Part shown: positions 17,550-27,070 of the stretch, piece by piece
Layout: every line of letters begins with the position of its first letter
How positions within the stretch are numbered: position 1 is the first letter of the stretch
DNA from: a virus
Taxonomy: Duplodnaviria; Heunggongvirae; Uroviricota; Caudoviricetes
Length of the DNA: 64,000 nucleotides
IMG/VR virus record: IMGVR_UViG_3300025072_002801
Strand: one strand, 5' to 3'
Made by a program: the position numbers and the translations under genes
The notes under the pieces: generated by a model
Databases searched by the model: none
What the model was told of the DNA's origin: nothing
Seen by the model: only the letters and a program-made list of their open reading frames with translations

Positions 17550-17903
17550 ATGACAGTATTGCAAGCAAAAAAGCTGGCAGCAGATTATTTGCAGGCATAT
17601 TTTCATTCTAAAAAACTTCACTCAGGTGAACCAATTTCCAAAGAGATGATAAACCATCCATATACAATATCAAGGGTTTTGAATACAAAGTCTTCAGATG
17701 GGTTTGAAATGGCTCATAAGATGCTTGGAGAGCCTACCAAAGAAGAAAGAAGAAAGGTAGAGAAGACGAGTGGCGTTTATGGGAATACCGAGGTGATAAT
17801 ACAAATTCTTGAAGAATGTTCAAAAATGGGTATCCCAAAGTGCTTTGCAGCAGGCATTTTGCTTTTACATCTAGAACTTTGTGCAGGATTGAGCGTCAAT
17901 TAA
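17550..17903 (+). CDS. Hypothetical protein
   Basis: Start set at MTVLQAKKLAADYL. The 5' part of the tracked ORF (17133-17443) overlaps the minus-strand lipoprotein gene and is rejected. Confidence 0.4.
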   Translation: MTVLQAKKLAADYLQAYFHSKKLHSGEPISKEMINHPYTISRVLNTKSSDGFEMAHKMLGEPTKEERRKVEKTSGVYGNTEVIIQILEECSKMGIPKCFAAGILLLHLELCAGLSVN

Positions 17904-17915
17904 CTTTAATAAGGC

Positions 17916-18230
17916 ATGAGTGATTTAGACTTTATTTCAGGTAATTTTTTTGACGTTGATTTGCCTCGTGAGTGGAAGTATTTGGAAAAATACTTCCACT
18001 CAGACGTTCAAAGGGCGTTTTTATATTACTACTATACCTTTGACAACACTGAATTGATGGCAGACCATACTGGTCATCCTGTCAGTAAGCGTTGGTTGCG
18101 TAAGTTGAAGAGTAAATTAAGAAACATACGCAATGCACATAAAAAGGCTAAAAGTGAATTTGACATAGAAATGGTCGCTATTATTGAAAGCGGAAAATTT
18201 AGGGGATTTTATAAAACAGATGGCACATAG
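17916..18230 (+). CDS. Hypothetical protein
   Basis: 104-aa ORF; no domain. Confidence 0.45.
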   Translation: MSDLDFISGNFFDVDLPREWKYLEKYFHSDVQRAFLYYYYTFDNTELMADHTGHPVSKRWLRKLKSKLRNIRNAHKKAKSEFDIEMVAIIESGKFRGFYKTDGT

Positions 18231-19734
18231 AAAATCTTGTGGGCAATGCGGCATTGAGTTTAACGGACAGAAGTTAAAGACTAAGTTTTGTTCTAAAGTC
18301 TGTGCTGGAAAGGCTAAGAGAACTTCATACAACAAGAAGTGCGAAGAGTGCGATAATGTATTTGAAACTAATCCATCGGCTAATGCTAAGTTTTGTTCCA
18401 AGGATTGCAATTACAAAAATGCTGGAAGAACTGGCAGGATAAATGTAGCTCGTATTGAGAAATGTTGCGAATTTTGCGAAAAAACATTTGGCATCACACC
18501 GGGAGCGGAACGTAAACGCATCAAACAATTTGGTGTTGGGGCAAAATTTTGCTCTGCCAAATGTATGGGAGCATATAAATCTGCTCAATTCGACCATCCA
18601 GACGTGAATAGGAAATGTGAGTTCTGTGGAAATGGATTTGTTGTCGAAAAGCCTTGCAAGAAAAATAGGTTTTGCACGAAAAAATGTTCGTGTGAAGCAA
18701 TTAAAGAAGAAAATGAGAAAAAACGAAGCCGAATAGTTCCCTTGATGAAGGAGTATCGTCTCGCCAATACTGTCATAGAGACGGCGAAAAAGTTTGATAT
18801 GTCTCCTTCTGGAATTCGGCAATGGGGAGTATTAGGACTAGAGGCGGAAAAGAGATTATCTTGCCCCAACCAACTTACTACGGAGCAAGAAGAGGTTTTA
18901 GTTGGCAACCTCTTGGGAGATGGCTATTTGAGATGCATAAAACCAAACACAAATCAGAACACCCATTTTGGAATTCAGCAAAAATTGGAGCGATCTGAGT
19001 ATCTAAAAGGATTGTATGATATTTATTCCCATTTTTCAAGCGGATATGGAGAGGGAAAAGCCAAAAAGCCAAGCAGGGTTAATGGCAAGATTACACATGC
19101 AGCAGAGCATTGGAACGGAGAGTGGTCAGAATGGTGTCAATTGCGCACAGTTTCCCATCCAGTTTTTAATGATTATCGTGTCAAGTGGTACGAAGAACCA
19201 TATGTTAAAAACAGTCTAAAAATAATCCCAGACGATATTCGTTTGACGTGGAGAACGGCGGCAATTTGGATGTGTGATGATGGATCTAATCATGTGAACG
19301 ATGTTATCAAGGGGAGAAATTATGGTCCAAGATATTTGATGATACATACCGAATCATTTTCCGAAAATGAAGTTCAATTTCTGATCCAATGCCTGCAAAG
19401 GGATCTAGACATTAAAGGAACGCTGAACTACCATGATGGAAAGCCGACACTTCGTATTGGTGGCGATGACTGGTATAGATTTATTGAAAATATAAAACCC
19501 TATATTCCTTGGGAGTGTTTTCAATATAAATGTAAAAACCGTAAGAAAATCAATAGGAATAAGTCTGGGTTTGTGGGTGTAAGATTTCGTAGTGGGTCTT
19601 GGCACGCATACAAGTCATTTCGAGTAAGTGGAAAATACAAACAGTTCCATATTGGATCATTTGAGACTCCCGAAGCAGCCGTTGATGCTCGTAAACGATG
19701 GATTGATAAATTTTCTCAAAAAGGGAATAAGTAA
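18220..19734 (+). CDS. Free-standing LAGLIDADG homing endonuclease with C-terminal AP2-type DNA-binding domain and an N-terminal array of 4-5 FCS/TRASH-like zinc ribbons
   Basis: Repeated Cx2C-x(12-16)-(K/R)FCS(K/A)xC units (KFCSKVCAGKAKR, KFCSKDCNYKNAGR, KFCSAKCMGAYK, RFCTKKCSCE). LAGLIDADG motif 1 LVGNLLGDGYL and motif 2 AAIWMCDDGS. C-terminal SGFVGVRFRSGSWHAYK...GSFETPEAAVDARKRW (AP2). Confidence 0.65.
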   Translation: MAHRKSCGQCGIEFNGQKLKTKFCSKVCAGKAKRTSYNKKCEECDNVFETNPSANAKFCSKDCNYKNAGRTGRINVARIEKCCEFCEKTFGITPGAERKRIKQFGVGAKFCSAKCMGAYKSAQFDHPDVNRKCEFCGNGFVVEKPCKKNRFCTKKCSCEAIKEENEKKRSRIVPLMKEYRLANTVIETAKKFDMSPSGIRQWGVLGLEAEKRLSCPNQLTTEQEEVLVGNLLGDGYLRCIKPNTNQNTHFGIQQKLERSEYLKGLYDIYSHFSSGYGEGKAKKPSRVNGKITHAAEHWNGEWSEWCQLRTVSHPVFNDYRVKWYEEPYVKNSLKIIPDDIRLTWRTAAIWMCDDGSNHVNDVIKGRNYGPRYLMIHTESFSENEVQFLIQCLQRDLDIKGTLNYHDGKPTLRIGGDDWYRFIENIKPYIPWECFQYKCKNRKKINRNKSGFVGVRFRSGSWHAYKSFRVSGKYKQFHIGSFETPEAAVDARKRWIDKFSQKGNK

Positions 19735-19794
19735 AAAATATTGTTCACACTCAGTTAAATGAAAGTATTATTTAACACAAAGATGAAATAGGCT

Positions 19795-19989
19795 ATGAGA
19801 GAAGATTTACTGACGGAATATAAGGCTGTGCTGGGCATGATTGACGAAACTGAGGAAAAAGCCAAATTGCTTCTTGTTCGTTTAGATGATGGGGAAATCA
19901 TATCAGAAGAGGAAGTAGTTGACATAGAAGAGGACACTTCCACATATATGCAGAGATTATTCCAACTTGAGCTATCTTTGGGTGTTTAA
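19795..19989 (+). CDS. Hypothetical small acidic protein
   Basis: 64-aa ORF directly upstream of the IS element. Confidence 0.35.
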   Translation: MREDLLTEYKAVLGMIDETEEKAKLLLVRLDDGEIISEEEVVDIEEDTSTYMQRLFQLELSLGV

Positions 19990-19994
19990 TGATT

Positions 19995-21300
19995 GATATG
20001 CTAAACTAAAAGAAAGACGTGATGGGGTGAACTGCCCAACTAATCGTTGAACTTCATGCTTCATAGACAATTGGTTATTGCTAACTCTTACATCGTCTCC
20101 ACATGTGTAATCGACTGTCCCAGCCGATGTGTTTTAGTTTAATCCTTCATCAAGAATGTTTTTTGCTGCGTTTAAGTCACGATCTAATTCATGACCATTG
20201 GCGCAAGTCCATTTTCTATCTGAAAGCTTTAACTCTTGATTTATCCAACCACAAATATTACATGTTTTACTGCTTGGGAAAAATCTATTTATTTTAACTA
20301 CTTGCCTATCATTCCATTCCGCCTTGTAAGACAGATATTGAATAAATGTTCCCCAACTAGCATCAGAAATATGTTTTGCTAATTTGTGATTTTTAACCAT
20401 ACCTTTAACATTTAAGTCTTCGCAACAAATTATATCATAATCGCAAATTAATTTATTTGATATTTTGTGAAGATTGTCATGACGACAATTGGCAATTTTT
20501 TCATGAATTAAAGCAACTTTTTTCTTTTGCCTTAAATATAAATTACTGTCTTTTTGCTTTCTGCTTAAATGTTTTTGTGCCGTAGCTAATTCCTTTTCAT
20601 GCTTTTTTAAAAATCTATGATTCTTAAACCGCATATCATCTGATGTAATTATGAGTTCTTTTAGTCCTAGATCAATTCCAACTTTTTGATTGGTTTTCTC
20701 TTTAGGTTGATATTCTTCTTTGACTAAAATTGAAACATAATACTTGCCAGACTGTGTTTTTGAAATTGTAAAATTTCTTATCTCTCCATTAATTTCCCTG
20801 TGTTGCTTAACTTTGATTCCATTTTTAAATTTTGGAAAATAAATTTTACCGTTTTCCAATTTAATGGATTGTGGAACATGAAAACTATTTTTCTTTCTCT
20901 TTGATTTGTAATTTGGAAACTTTGAATTGCCTCTAAAGAAATTAACATAAGCAATTTCAAGATTCCTCAAAGCATGTTGAACAGATTGACTATTCACTTC
21001 TTTCAACCAAGTTAATTCTTTTTTGAGTTTCGTTAAAGATTTTGCTTGAGCAAAATAATTATCTGACTTTTTTTCTTTTTGATATTGTTCTTGTCTTTGT
21101 TTAAGAAAGTGATTGTACACAAATCTCACGCAACCAAAATGCTTGCCAAGAAGGTTTTTTTGGTCTTCGTTAGGGCGTAACCTAAATTTATATGCTCTTT
21201 GTATTTTCTTCACATAATATAATAGTATTGTTATTTACAAAAATAACGATAATTTTGTAAATTTTATAAAATACACAAACTTCACCTAAGAAAGCAGGAA
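19995..21300 (-). mobile_element. IS200/IS605-family TnpB-only insertion element (IS1341/ISC-like); the ends are approximate
   Basis: Single minus-strand tnpB gene, noticeably more AT-rich than its surroundings; non-coding flanks of about 140 bp (3' side, expected omega/reRNA region) and about 90 bp (5' side). Confidence 0.55.
20134..21213 (-). CDS. tnpB: TnpB (OrfB) RNA-guided nuclease-type transposase accessory protein
   Basis: N-terminal MKKIQRAYKFRLRPNEDQKNLL (OrfB_IS605 HTH); RuvC-like GIDLGLKELI; C-terminal CNICGWINQELKLSDRKWTCANGHELDRDLNAAKNI zinc finger / RuvC-III. Confidence 0.85.
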   Translation of the reverse strand: MKKIQRAYKFRLRPNEDQKNLLGKHFGCVRFVYNHFLKQRQEQYQKEKKSDNYFAQAKSLTKLKKELTWLKEVNSQSVQHALRNLEIAYVNFFRGNSKFPNYKSKRKKNSFHVPQSIKLENGKIYFPKFKNGIKVKQHREINGEIRNFTISKTQSGKYYVSILVKEEYQPKEKTNQKVGIDLGLKELIITSDDMRFKNHRFLKKHEKELATAQKHLSRKQKDSNLYLRQKKKVALIHEKIANCRHDNLHKISNKLICDYDIICCEDLNVKGMVKNHKLAKHISDASWGTFIQYLSYKAEWNDRQVVKINRFFPSSKTCNICGWINQELKLSDRKWTCANGHELDRDLNAAKNILDEGLN

Positions 21301-21325
21301 AAGGAAACTGATTGCTAAATAAAGT

Positions 21326-21874
21326 ATGGATTTAAATTTTAGAACATGGTTTGATAGTCAAGACAAGAATGAATCGAGTGCTTTTACTCGTTCGAGAAGA
21401 CAGTTTGCATTGGGCTTAGGTCCAGCACTTCCTGACGCTGCCCTTCATTCTCGTTCAACTTGTCCTCCAGGCGAACTTGAGGCAATCAAGAAGAACAAGA
21501 AAAAGAAGAAGAAGAAAGTAAAAAAAAAAGTAGTTAAAGAAGAGAACGACATTGATAAATGGCTATCAGCAGTTGATGATCTCAAGCGTGACATGGATGA
21601 ACTCGGCAAAGAAAAGCCTGAGGACGAAGAAGATATAGATCCAGAAGAAGACGAAGACGGTATAGAAGACGAAGACATTCCAGCCGACGATGCCGACGAT
21701 GCCGACGATGCTGATGATTCTGAGGAAGAAGAAGATGAAGATCACGAAGATAATCTTCTTACCCAAATAAAAGGTCAATCGCCAGAATCACCAGAAATGC
21801 CTGATGATCTAGATTCTAAATTAAAGAGTGCTTTCAAAACAGGCGATGAAAGCGAAGAAGACGATGAACTATAA
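21326..21874 (+). CDS. Hypothetical highly acidic protein with a Lys-run
   Basis: KKNKKKKKKKVKKKVVKEE followed by poly-D/E (DDADDADDADDSEEEEDEDHED); contains an A10 homopolymer (about 21518-21527) and a 12-bp x3 gacgatgccgac repeat. Confidence 0.5.
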   Translation: MDLNFRTWFDSQDKNESSAFTRSRRQFALGLGPALPDAALHSRSTCPPGELEAIKKNKKKKKKKVKKKVVKEENDIDKWLSAVDDLKRDMDELGKEKPEDEEDIDPEEDEDGIEDEDIPADDADDADDADDSEEEEDEDHEDNLLTQIKGQSPESPEMPDDLDSKLKSAFKTGDESEEDDEL

Positions 21875-22200
21875 TGTTGGATTATATTGAAAGAATCGTC
21901 TATTCATTCATGTGGCTTGTAATCGGAGCCGTTTCTGCAATTGATACTTATTGGTCAGTTGAATTAGGTGAATCTCTCTACGCTGACGAAATGAATCCAG
22001 TGGGTCGTTTAATTATGTCCTTGGATGGTGGCGGAGTGGCTTTATTTATGGGACTCAAATTTATGGGTACTGTCTTTGTTTTAGGCTACTTTGTTTACAT
22101 CTTCTCTAAATCGAAGAACTTTGCTTGGTCTACCATAGTTCCTATATTTCTTCTGCAACTTATGCTTCTTGTGTACCTGTATACGGGATTTAACTTCTAA
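21874..22200 (+). CDS. Small integral membrane protein (about 3 TM)
   Basis: Hydrophobic stretches VYSFMWLVIGAVSAI, VALFMGLKFMGTVFVLGYFVYIF, IVPIFLLQLMLLVYLY; ATGA overlap with the upstream gene. Confidence 0.5.
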   Translation: MLDYIERIVYSFMWLVIGAVSAIDTYWSVELGESLYADEMNPVGRLIMSLDGGGVALFMGLKFMGTVFVLGYFVYIFSKSKNFAWSTIVPIFLLQLMLLVYLYTGFNF

Positions 22201-22229
22201 GATAACTATATTATTGTTAGGAGTTAAAG

Positions 22230-22973
22230 ATGGATAAGCCAAGTTTCCCAGAGTTTTTAAAAAGTATTGAAGTAGAATCATTTTGGTCGATTTGCCAATT
22301 AAGTGGCAATTACAATGAAATTCCCAAACATTTTGAATTGTATGATTATCAAAAAGACTTGGTAAACGCATATGAAAATGAAGATTTTATAATTCTTAAG
22401 AAGTTTAGGCAAGGAGGGTTTACGACACTATCTGTAGTCTATTCATTGTATCTGTGTTATCTTGGCGAGAAGGATGAAAGTATTTTTCTTGCATTTAATA
22501 TGGATCGTGAAGCATGTTGTGTTGGCAACTTGATTGATAGGTTGATGCAAGGCATTCCAGAAGGAATTATGCCAAACCTTGTTAAACAAACAGATCATGA
22601 AAAGGTGTTCGATAACGGATGTTCAATCTTGTTGTTGTCTTCGCAGTCGGGTTCATTGCGTGGAAGGTCTTTTTCTAGGATTTTTATTGATGAGTCGGCG
22701 TTTCATAGAGATATGGATAATTTTTGGAAAGCAATATATCCATGTATTTCCGAAGGAGGAAAAGTTGTTGTGCAATCTACTCCAAGCGTCCATGATGGAG
22801 GAAGTTGGTTTAAAAAGACTTATTTAGACGCAATGAAATTGAAAAACAAATTTAGAATATTTCATACAAGTTACAAAGAGAATCCACAATACACTCCAGA
22901 ATTCATAGAAACGCTACGATCTAATCTGGGTGACAAAGGATTCAAGCTGGAAATAGAAGCAGAATTTATTTAA
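22230..22973 (+). CDS. Terminase large-subunit ATPase-domain-like protein (T4 gp17 N-terminal-domain-like), stand-alone 247 aa
   Basis: YDYQKDLV / KKFRQGGFTTL / NGCSILLLSSQSGSLRGRSFSRIFIDESAFH / WKAIYPCISEGGKVVVQSTPSVHDGGSWF align with T4 gp17 (YQRDML / SRQLGKTTVV / [30 protein letters not shown] / WLAIQPVISSGRRSKIIITTTPNG). The Walker-A lysine position is Phe, but a Lys lies five residues upstream (lambda gpA-like deviant KxxxxGxxT). Confidence 0.65.
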   Translation: MDKPSFPEFLKSIEVESFWSICQLSGNYNEIPKHFELYDYQKDLVNAYENEDFIILKKFRQGGFTTLSVVYSLYLCYLGEKDESIFLAFNMDREACCVGNLIDRLMQGIPEGIMPNLVKQTDHEKVFDNGCSILLLSSQSGSLRGRSFSRIFIDESAFHRDMDNFWKAIYPCISEGGKVVVQSTPSVHDGGSWFKKTYLDAMKLKNKFRIFHTSYKENPQYTPEFIETLRSNLGDKGFKLEIEAEFI

Positions 22974-23510
22974 ATGTTCCAAATAATCGGAGTAGGCGAA
23001 TTAGGTGGCAATAGAGACAAGTTCACTCGCCTGTACAATAAGAAAGTAGGAAAAGGAAACTGGTTTTGGGGCTTCTGTGCCAAGAAAAACTTGTATTCTT
23101 GGGATATAGGCATGCAATTGTATGAGGATGCCTACTGGAACTACTTTAGAGGTCATAAAGCAGCTTTGAAGGGCGTTGTGAGCTATTCTAACGTCTTTGT
23201 GGAAAGATCCAGTGATGTTGAGTCTGGATTGGACTATCGCACTCAGCAGGGCTATGAGGACCATTATGAGGACATCGCAGTAAGAAGATGCCTCAGGAGA
23301 ATGGGAGTGTGGTTCAAAGGCGAAAAAGACAGGTATTTGAACGTCAATAGCTCCCCATTAAGCTCTCAACTCGTTAAATTCCACCTTCCACACCTTTTGG
23401 ATGAAGGCGAAGATAATTGTGTAGCGTCATGGATATTAAACCATAGAGTTGTTATAATCGCTGACGAACCATCAGACCAACAACAATTAGCAGAGATTCT
23501 AATACGATGA
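22974..23510 (+). CDS. Hypothetical protein (possibly the second part of a split or degenerate terminase)
   Basis: Starts 1 nt after the terminase-ATPase stop; MFQIIGVGELGG loosely resembles an RNase-H-fold strand 1 but lacks the Asp; no confident nuclease motifs. Confidence 0.4.
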   Translation: MFQIIGVGELGGNRDKFTRLYNKKVGKGNWFWGFCAKKNLYSWDIGMQLYEDAYWNYFRGHKAALKGVVSYSNVFVERSSDVESGLDYRTQQGYEDHYEDIAVRRCLRRMGVWFKGEKDRYLNVNSSPLSSQLVKFHLPHLLDEGEDNCVASWILNHRVVIIADEPSDQQQLAEILIR

Positions 23511-24196
23511 GTGATGAAATTAAAAAGCCCAATAATTCGACAATAGTTCGAGTCGAAGTGACTAATGATCAATTGATCTCCGAACCAGGGGCAAATATAG
23601 AAGTTCACTCCTTTGATATAAAAACGACAGAAGTTCCAACTGTTGAAAGTAAAATTAAAACGCCCCCAAGGAAAGTTCCGACAAAAGATGATTTTTATAT
23701 GGGAATGGCATTTGCTTCATCCGAAGAATCTAAAGATCCAAATACGCAAGTAGGAGCATTTATTGTAGCTCCAGACAATGAACCTTTAGGATATGGATTT
23801 AATGGACCTCCAAGGAGTGTTGATGATGATGCAATGGATTGGTCTAGACCCGCTAAATATTTTAAAATAGTTCACGCTGAGATCAATGCTATTAGGCACT
23901 CCAGAAGAGAGCAATTAAAGGGATCAACGATTTATGTGACAGCAATGCCATGTAAGGATTGTATTCTCGATATAGCGAATTATGGCATAAGTAAGGTCGT
24001 TTACGCAGATATGAAAATAAACGACCCAAATTCTTCTTTGACTTTGAACAATGACGATAAGAAATGCAAAACATTAGAAATTGCCGAAGATACTGGTGTG
24101 GAAGTTGTTAAATACACTGGAAGCTTAAATTGGCTAGAGAAAGTTGTCTCTAGGGCTAAACAGCAGGGTCTTATACATGAAGAACAATTGGACTAA
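23507..24196 (+). CDS. dCMP deaminase (ComEB/CDA zinc-dependent deaminase family), copy 1
   Basis: HAEINAI and PCKDC zinc-ligand motifs with dCMP-deaminase-type spacing; about 75-aa N-terminal extension. Confidence 0.75.
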   Translation: MSDEIKKPNNSTIVRVEVTNDQLISEPGANIEVHSFDIKTTEVPTVESKIKTPPRKVPTKDDFYMGMAFASSEESKDPNTQVGAFIVAPDNEPLGYGFNGPPRSVDDDAMDWSRPAKYFKIVHAEINAIRHSRREQLKGSTIYVTAMPCKDCILDIANYGISKVVYADMKINDPNSSLTLNNDDKKCKTLEIAEDTGVEVVKYTGSLNWLEKVVSRAKQQGLIHEEQLD

Positions 24197-24557
24197 AAGT
24201 TTTGAAAACAGATGTTATGTTGAAGTTCCAAATCATGGAGTGGTAGATTTGGAGCCATTTGTGTGGGGCGCATTTTTTTATAAGCCAATTTTTGATGAAG
24301 AAGAACCTTTGAGAGTGATATTGGATTTGGATGTTCCTCGAAAAGACACTACAAGTTGGCAGTCCGATGACCCAGACATGATGGCAGTTTATGACACACT
24401 TCATTCGTCAATCAGTAACCGTGTCTCTGTTTGTAAGTTTAAGCCTCCGAAAAAGAGAGAGTCCATGGCATCTCTTAGAAAGATTGGCATGGGAGATTCC
24501 CCTTACAAGGGTCGTCATCAAATAAGATTAGTAAGGCTTGAATGGTGGTTAGTATGA
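24177..24557 (+). CDS. Hypothetical protein
   Basis: Start set at the internal MKNNWTKSF to minimise overlap; no domain. Confidence 0.4.
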   Translation: MKNNWTKSFENRCYVEVPNHGVVDLEPFVWGAFFYKPIFDEEEPLRVILDLDVPRKDTTSWQSDDPDMMAVYDTLHSSISNRVSVCKFKPPKKRESMASLRKIGMGDSPYKGRHQIRLVRLEWWLV

Positions 24558-24605
24558 GTTTTAAATTGGAGTTGGTAATTTCAGCTACTAACAATATATA
24601 AATGT

Positions 24606-25415
24606 ATGGCAGTTAGAGGATCATCAATAGGAGTATCGTGCGGTTCCAGTAGTGGATGCACTGATGAATTTGGATGCGTTGAAGGCGTATGCCCAGATTT
24701 TACAATTCGTCGTCACGACACCAAGCCTGATTTCAGGGTTTCGGTTGAAGATTGTGATGGCCCAATGGATTTGACTGATTTAGTTTTAGAAGTCAATATG
24801 TGGGCGAAAGCTAAGCTTAAAGCGGCAATAACAGATACAGATACTTATTTTGCTTTGGCAGATGGCATTGGTTTTCAACAAATTATGGTTGGAGACATTA
24901 TTGTCATGGATAGGGTTAGGCTTCCAGAGCGAATGTTGGTTACTGGTTTTGATGAAACCAATAAGCTCGTTCAGGTAACAAGAGGTTATCAAGGGACGAC
25001 AGAAGGTGCATACAAAAAAGGCACATCTTTAAGGATTATTAGAATAATAGATTCTTCTGCCCAAACCGAAATGGTTTTGGATGATGTGATACAAACTGAT
25101 GGAACTACCGCCAAAGACCAATTAGTAGAAAGTTTTTTCATTTATTCTTTTGGACCTAATGACACTTGCTTGCCAGGATGTTATTGGTTAGAATTTAAGC
25201 TAATGAAGATGGAAGATGTGGTAGTAAGTGGGTCAAGTGTCTCGATTATGGCGACAAGTGATGCAAGTATAATTCCAACATTCACAGATCCTAGTTTGAC
25301 TCCAACTGATTTTGGATGCAAGCTAGGTGATGGAGTCGAGTGGATGAGACGTTACCCAACTGTAGGAGAAGGATTCCTCATTCAAATTGTGGATTCTCCA
25401 ACTGTAGAGCTTTAA
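24606..25415 (+). CDS. Hypothetical protein (possibly structural)
   Basis: 269-aa ORF with a Gly/Ser/Cys-rich N-terminus (GSSIGVSCGSSSGCTDEFGCVEGVCPDF); no enzyme motifs. Confidence 0.5.
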   Translation: MAVRGSSIGVSCGSSSGCTDEFGCVEGVCPDFTIRRHDTKPDFRVSVEDCDGPMDLTDLVLEVNMWAKAKLKAAITDTDTYFALADGIGFQQIMVGDIIVMDRVRLPERMLVTGFDETNKLVQVTRGYQGTTEGAYKKGTSLRIIRIIDSSAQTEMVLDDVIQTDGTTAKDQLVESFFIYSFGPNDTCLPGCYWLEFKLMKMEDVVVSGSSVSIMATSDASIIPTFTDPSLTPTDFGCKLGDGVEWMRRYPTVGEGFLIQIVDSPTVEL

Positions 25416-25444
25416 CTTTTCACAATTTATAAGAAAGGCGGATA

Positions 25445-27070
25445 ATGGCTACTTTATCTGAGTTCTTGATCGAGCGTTTGGAAAACGCAGGGATTAAGCA
25501 TGTGTTTGGTGTACCTGGAGATTATTGCTTAAAGTTTTACGAGCAATTATACAACAGTCCAATTGATGTCATTAACACAACTGATGAAGCACACGCAGGA
25601 TTTGCTGCCGACGCTTATGCTCGTTTGAATGGCGCTGGTTGTGTGTGCGTCACATATAATGTAGGAACTTTAAAATTAGCAAATGCTGTTGCTTGTGCTT
25701 ATGCTGAAAAATCCCCATTGGTAGTGATTTCAGGTTCGCCTGGAGTAGTAGAGCGAAATGATGACATGCTTCTCCATCACACGGTTAGAAGTTACGATTG
25801 TCAAAAAGACGTTTTTAAAAATATAACTTGTGCCAGTACGGTTTTAGATAATCCTGATACTGCTGGATATGAAATTGACCGTGTATTAGGTGAAATGAAG
25901 CATCACAAGCTTCCAGTATACATTGAATTGCCAAGAGATTTGGTAGAAAAGCCTATTACTTACGATGTTTATGGAATTGGCACTCCAAAAATGCAAGAAA
26001 CAGACCCAGAGAACTTGGAAGAGGCTTTGGAGGAGGTTGTTGGCTGGATTGATTCGGCTAAGAATCCAGTCATATTAGCTGGCGTTGAAGTAGCTAGATT
26101 TGGATTAGGAAAGCAACTTTTGAAGTTTGCCGAAAAGGGCAACATACCTATAGCCACAACATTGTTGAGTAAGTCGGTAATTAGCGAGACTCATCCATTG
26201 TTCGCTGGAGTTTATTCAGGCAGCGCAAGTCGTGAAGGGGTTAGTGATCTTGTGGAAGAATCGGATTGTTTAATTATGTTTGGGGTTTTGTTAACGGACT
26301 TAACTCTTAGCTTCAATCCAAAGAGATTTGCCAAGCGACAAACAGTTGCCGTTTCTGTTTCCGAACTTAAAGTTAAAAATCACACATATACAAATGTGTT
26401 GATGACAGATTTTTGCGAGTCTCTATTCAAAGCAGAAGTAAAAGAACGACCCATTGGAGATCTTCCAAAGAAAGCTGTTGTTGAGGATTTTGTTCCTAAG
26501 CCAGATACACCATTGACTACCAAGCGTTTGTTTGAAAAGATAAATGCCATCCTTGACAAGAATATGGCGATACTCGCTGATATTGGTGATAGCCTGTTTG
26601 GTGCATCAGATTTGGTTGTTCATGATTCTAATCAGTTTATATCACCAGCATTTTACACATCCATGGGAGCTTCAATTCCAGGTGCGTTGGGTGTTCAGTC
26701 GTTGAATCCAAAGACAAGACCAATCGTAATTGTTGGCGACGGAGCTTTTCAAATGGCTTGCACTGAGCTAGGAACAATTGTAAAGCGTGGATTGAATCCA
26801 ATTGTCATAGTTCTTAACAATGGCGGATATAATACGGAAAGGCTTATCTTAGATGGCGATTTTAATGACATTCCAGATTGGGAATATGAAAAAATTGTGG
26901 AAATGATCGGTGGAGGCAAAGGATTTAGGGTGGAGACGGAGGAATCTTTAGACTCTGCCATGGATATTGCTCTTGACTCTGACGAACTAACCGTGTTAAA
27001 TGTGTTAGTGGGAAGAGAAGTATCTCCCGCTTTAGAACGCATTACAAGTGGTTTATCTAAACGAATTTAA
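25445..27070 (+). CDS. Thiamine-diphosphate-dependent 2-keto-acid decarboxylase (pyruvate/indolepyruvate/phenylpyruvate decarboxylase family)
   Basis: N-terminal GVPGDY...AADAYAR (PYR domain), central domain, and C-terminal TPP-binding GDGAFQM...NNGGY motif; 541 aa as in PDC/IPDC. Confidence 0.75.
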   Translation: MATLSEFLIERLENAGIKHVFGVPGDYCLKFYEQLYNSPIDVINTTDEAHAGFAADAYARLNGAGCVCVTYNVGTLKLANAVACAYAEKSPLVVISGSPGVVERNDDMLLHHTVRSYDCQKDVFKNITCASTVLDNPDTAGYEIDRVLGEMKHHKLPVYIELPRDLVEKPITYDVYGIGTPKMQETDPENLEEALEEVVGWIDSAKNPVILAGVEVARFGLGKQLLKFAEKGNIPIATTLLSKSVISETHPLFAGVYSGSASREGVSDLVEESDCLIMFGVLLTDLTLSFNPKRFAKRQTVAVSVSELKVKNHTYTNVLMTDFCESLFKAEVKERPIGDLPKKAVVEDFVPKPDTPLTTKRLFEKINAILDKNMAILADIGDSLFGASDLVVHDSNQFISPAFYTSMGASIPGALGVQSLNPKTRPIVIVGDGAFQMACTELGTIVKRGLNPIVIVLNNGGYNTERLILDGDFNDIPDWEYEKIVEMIGGGKGFRVETEESLDSAMDIALDSDELTVLNVLVGREVSPALERITSGLSKRI

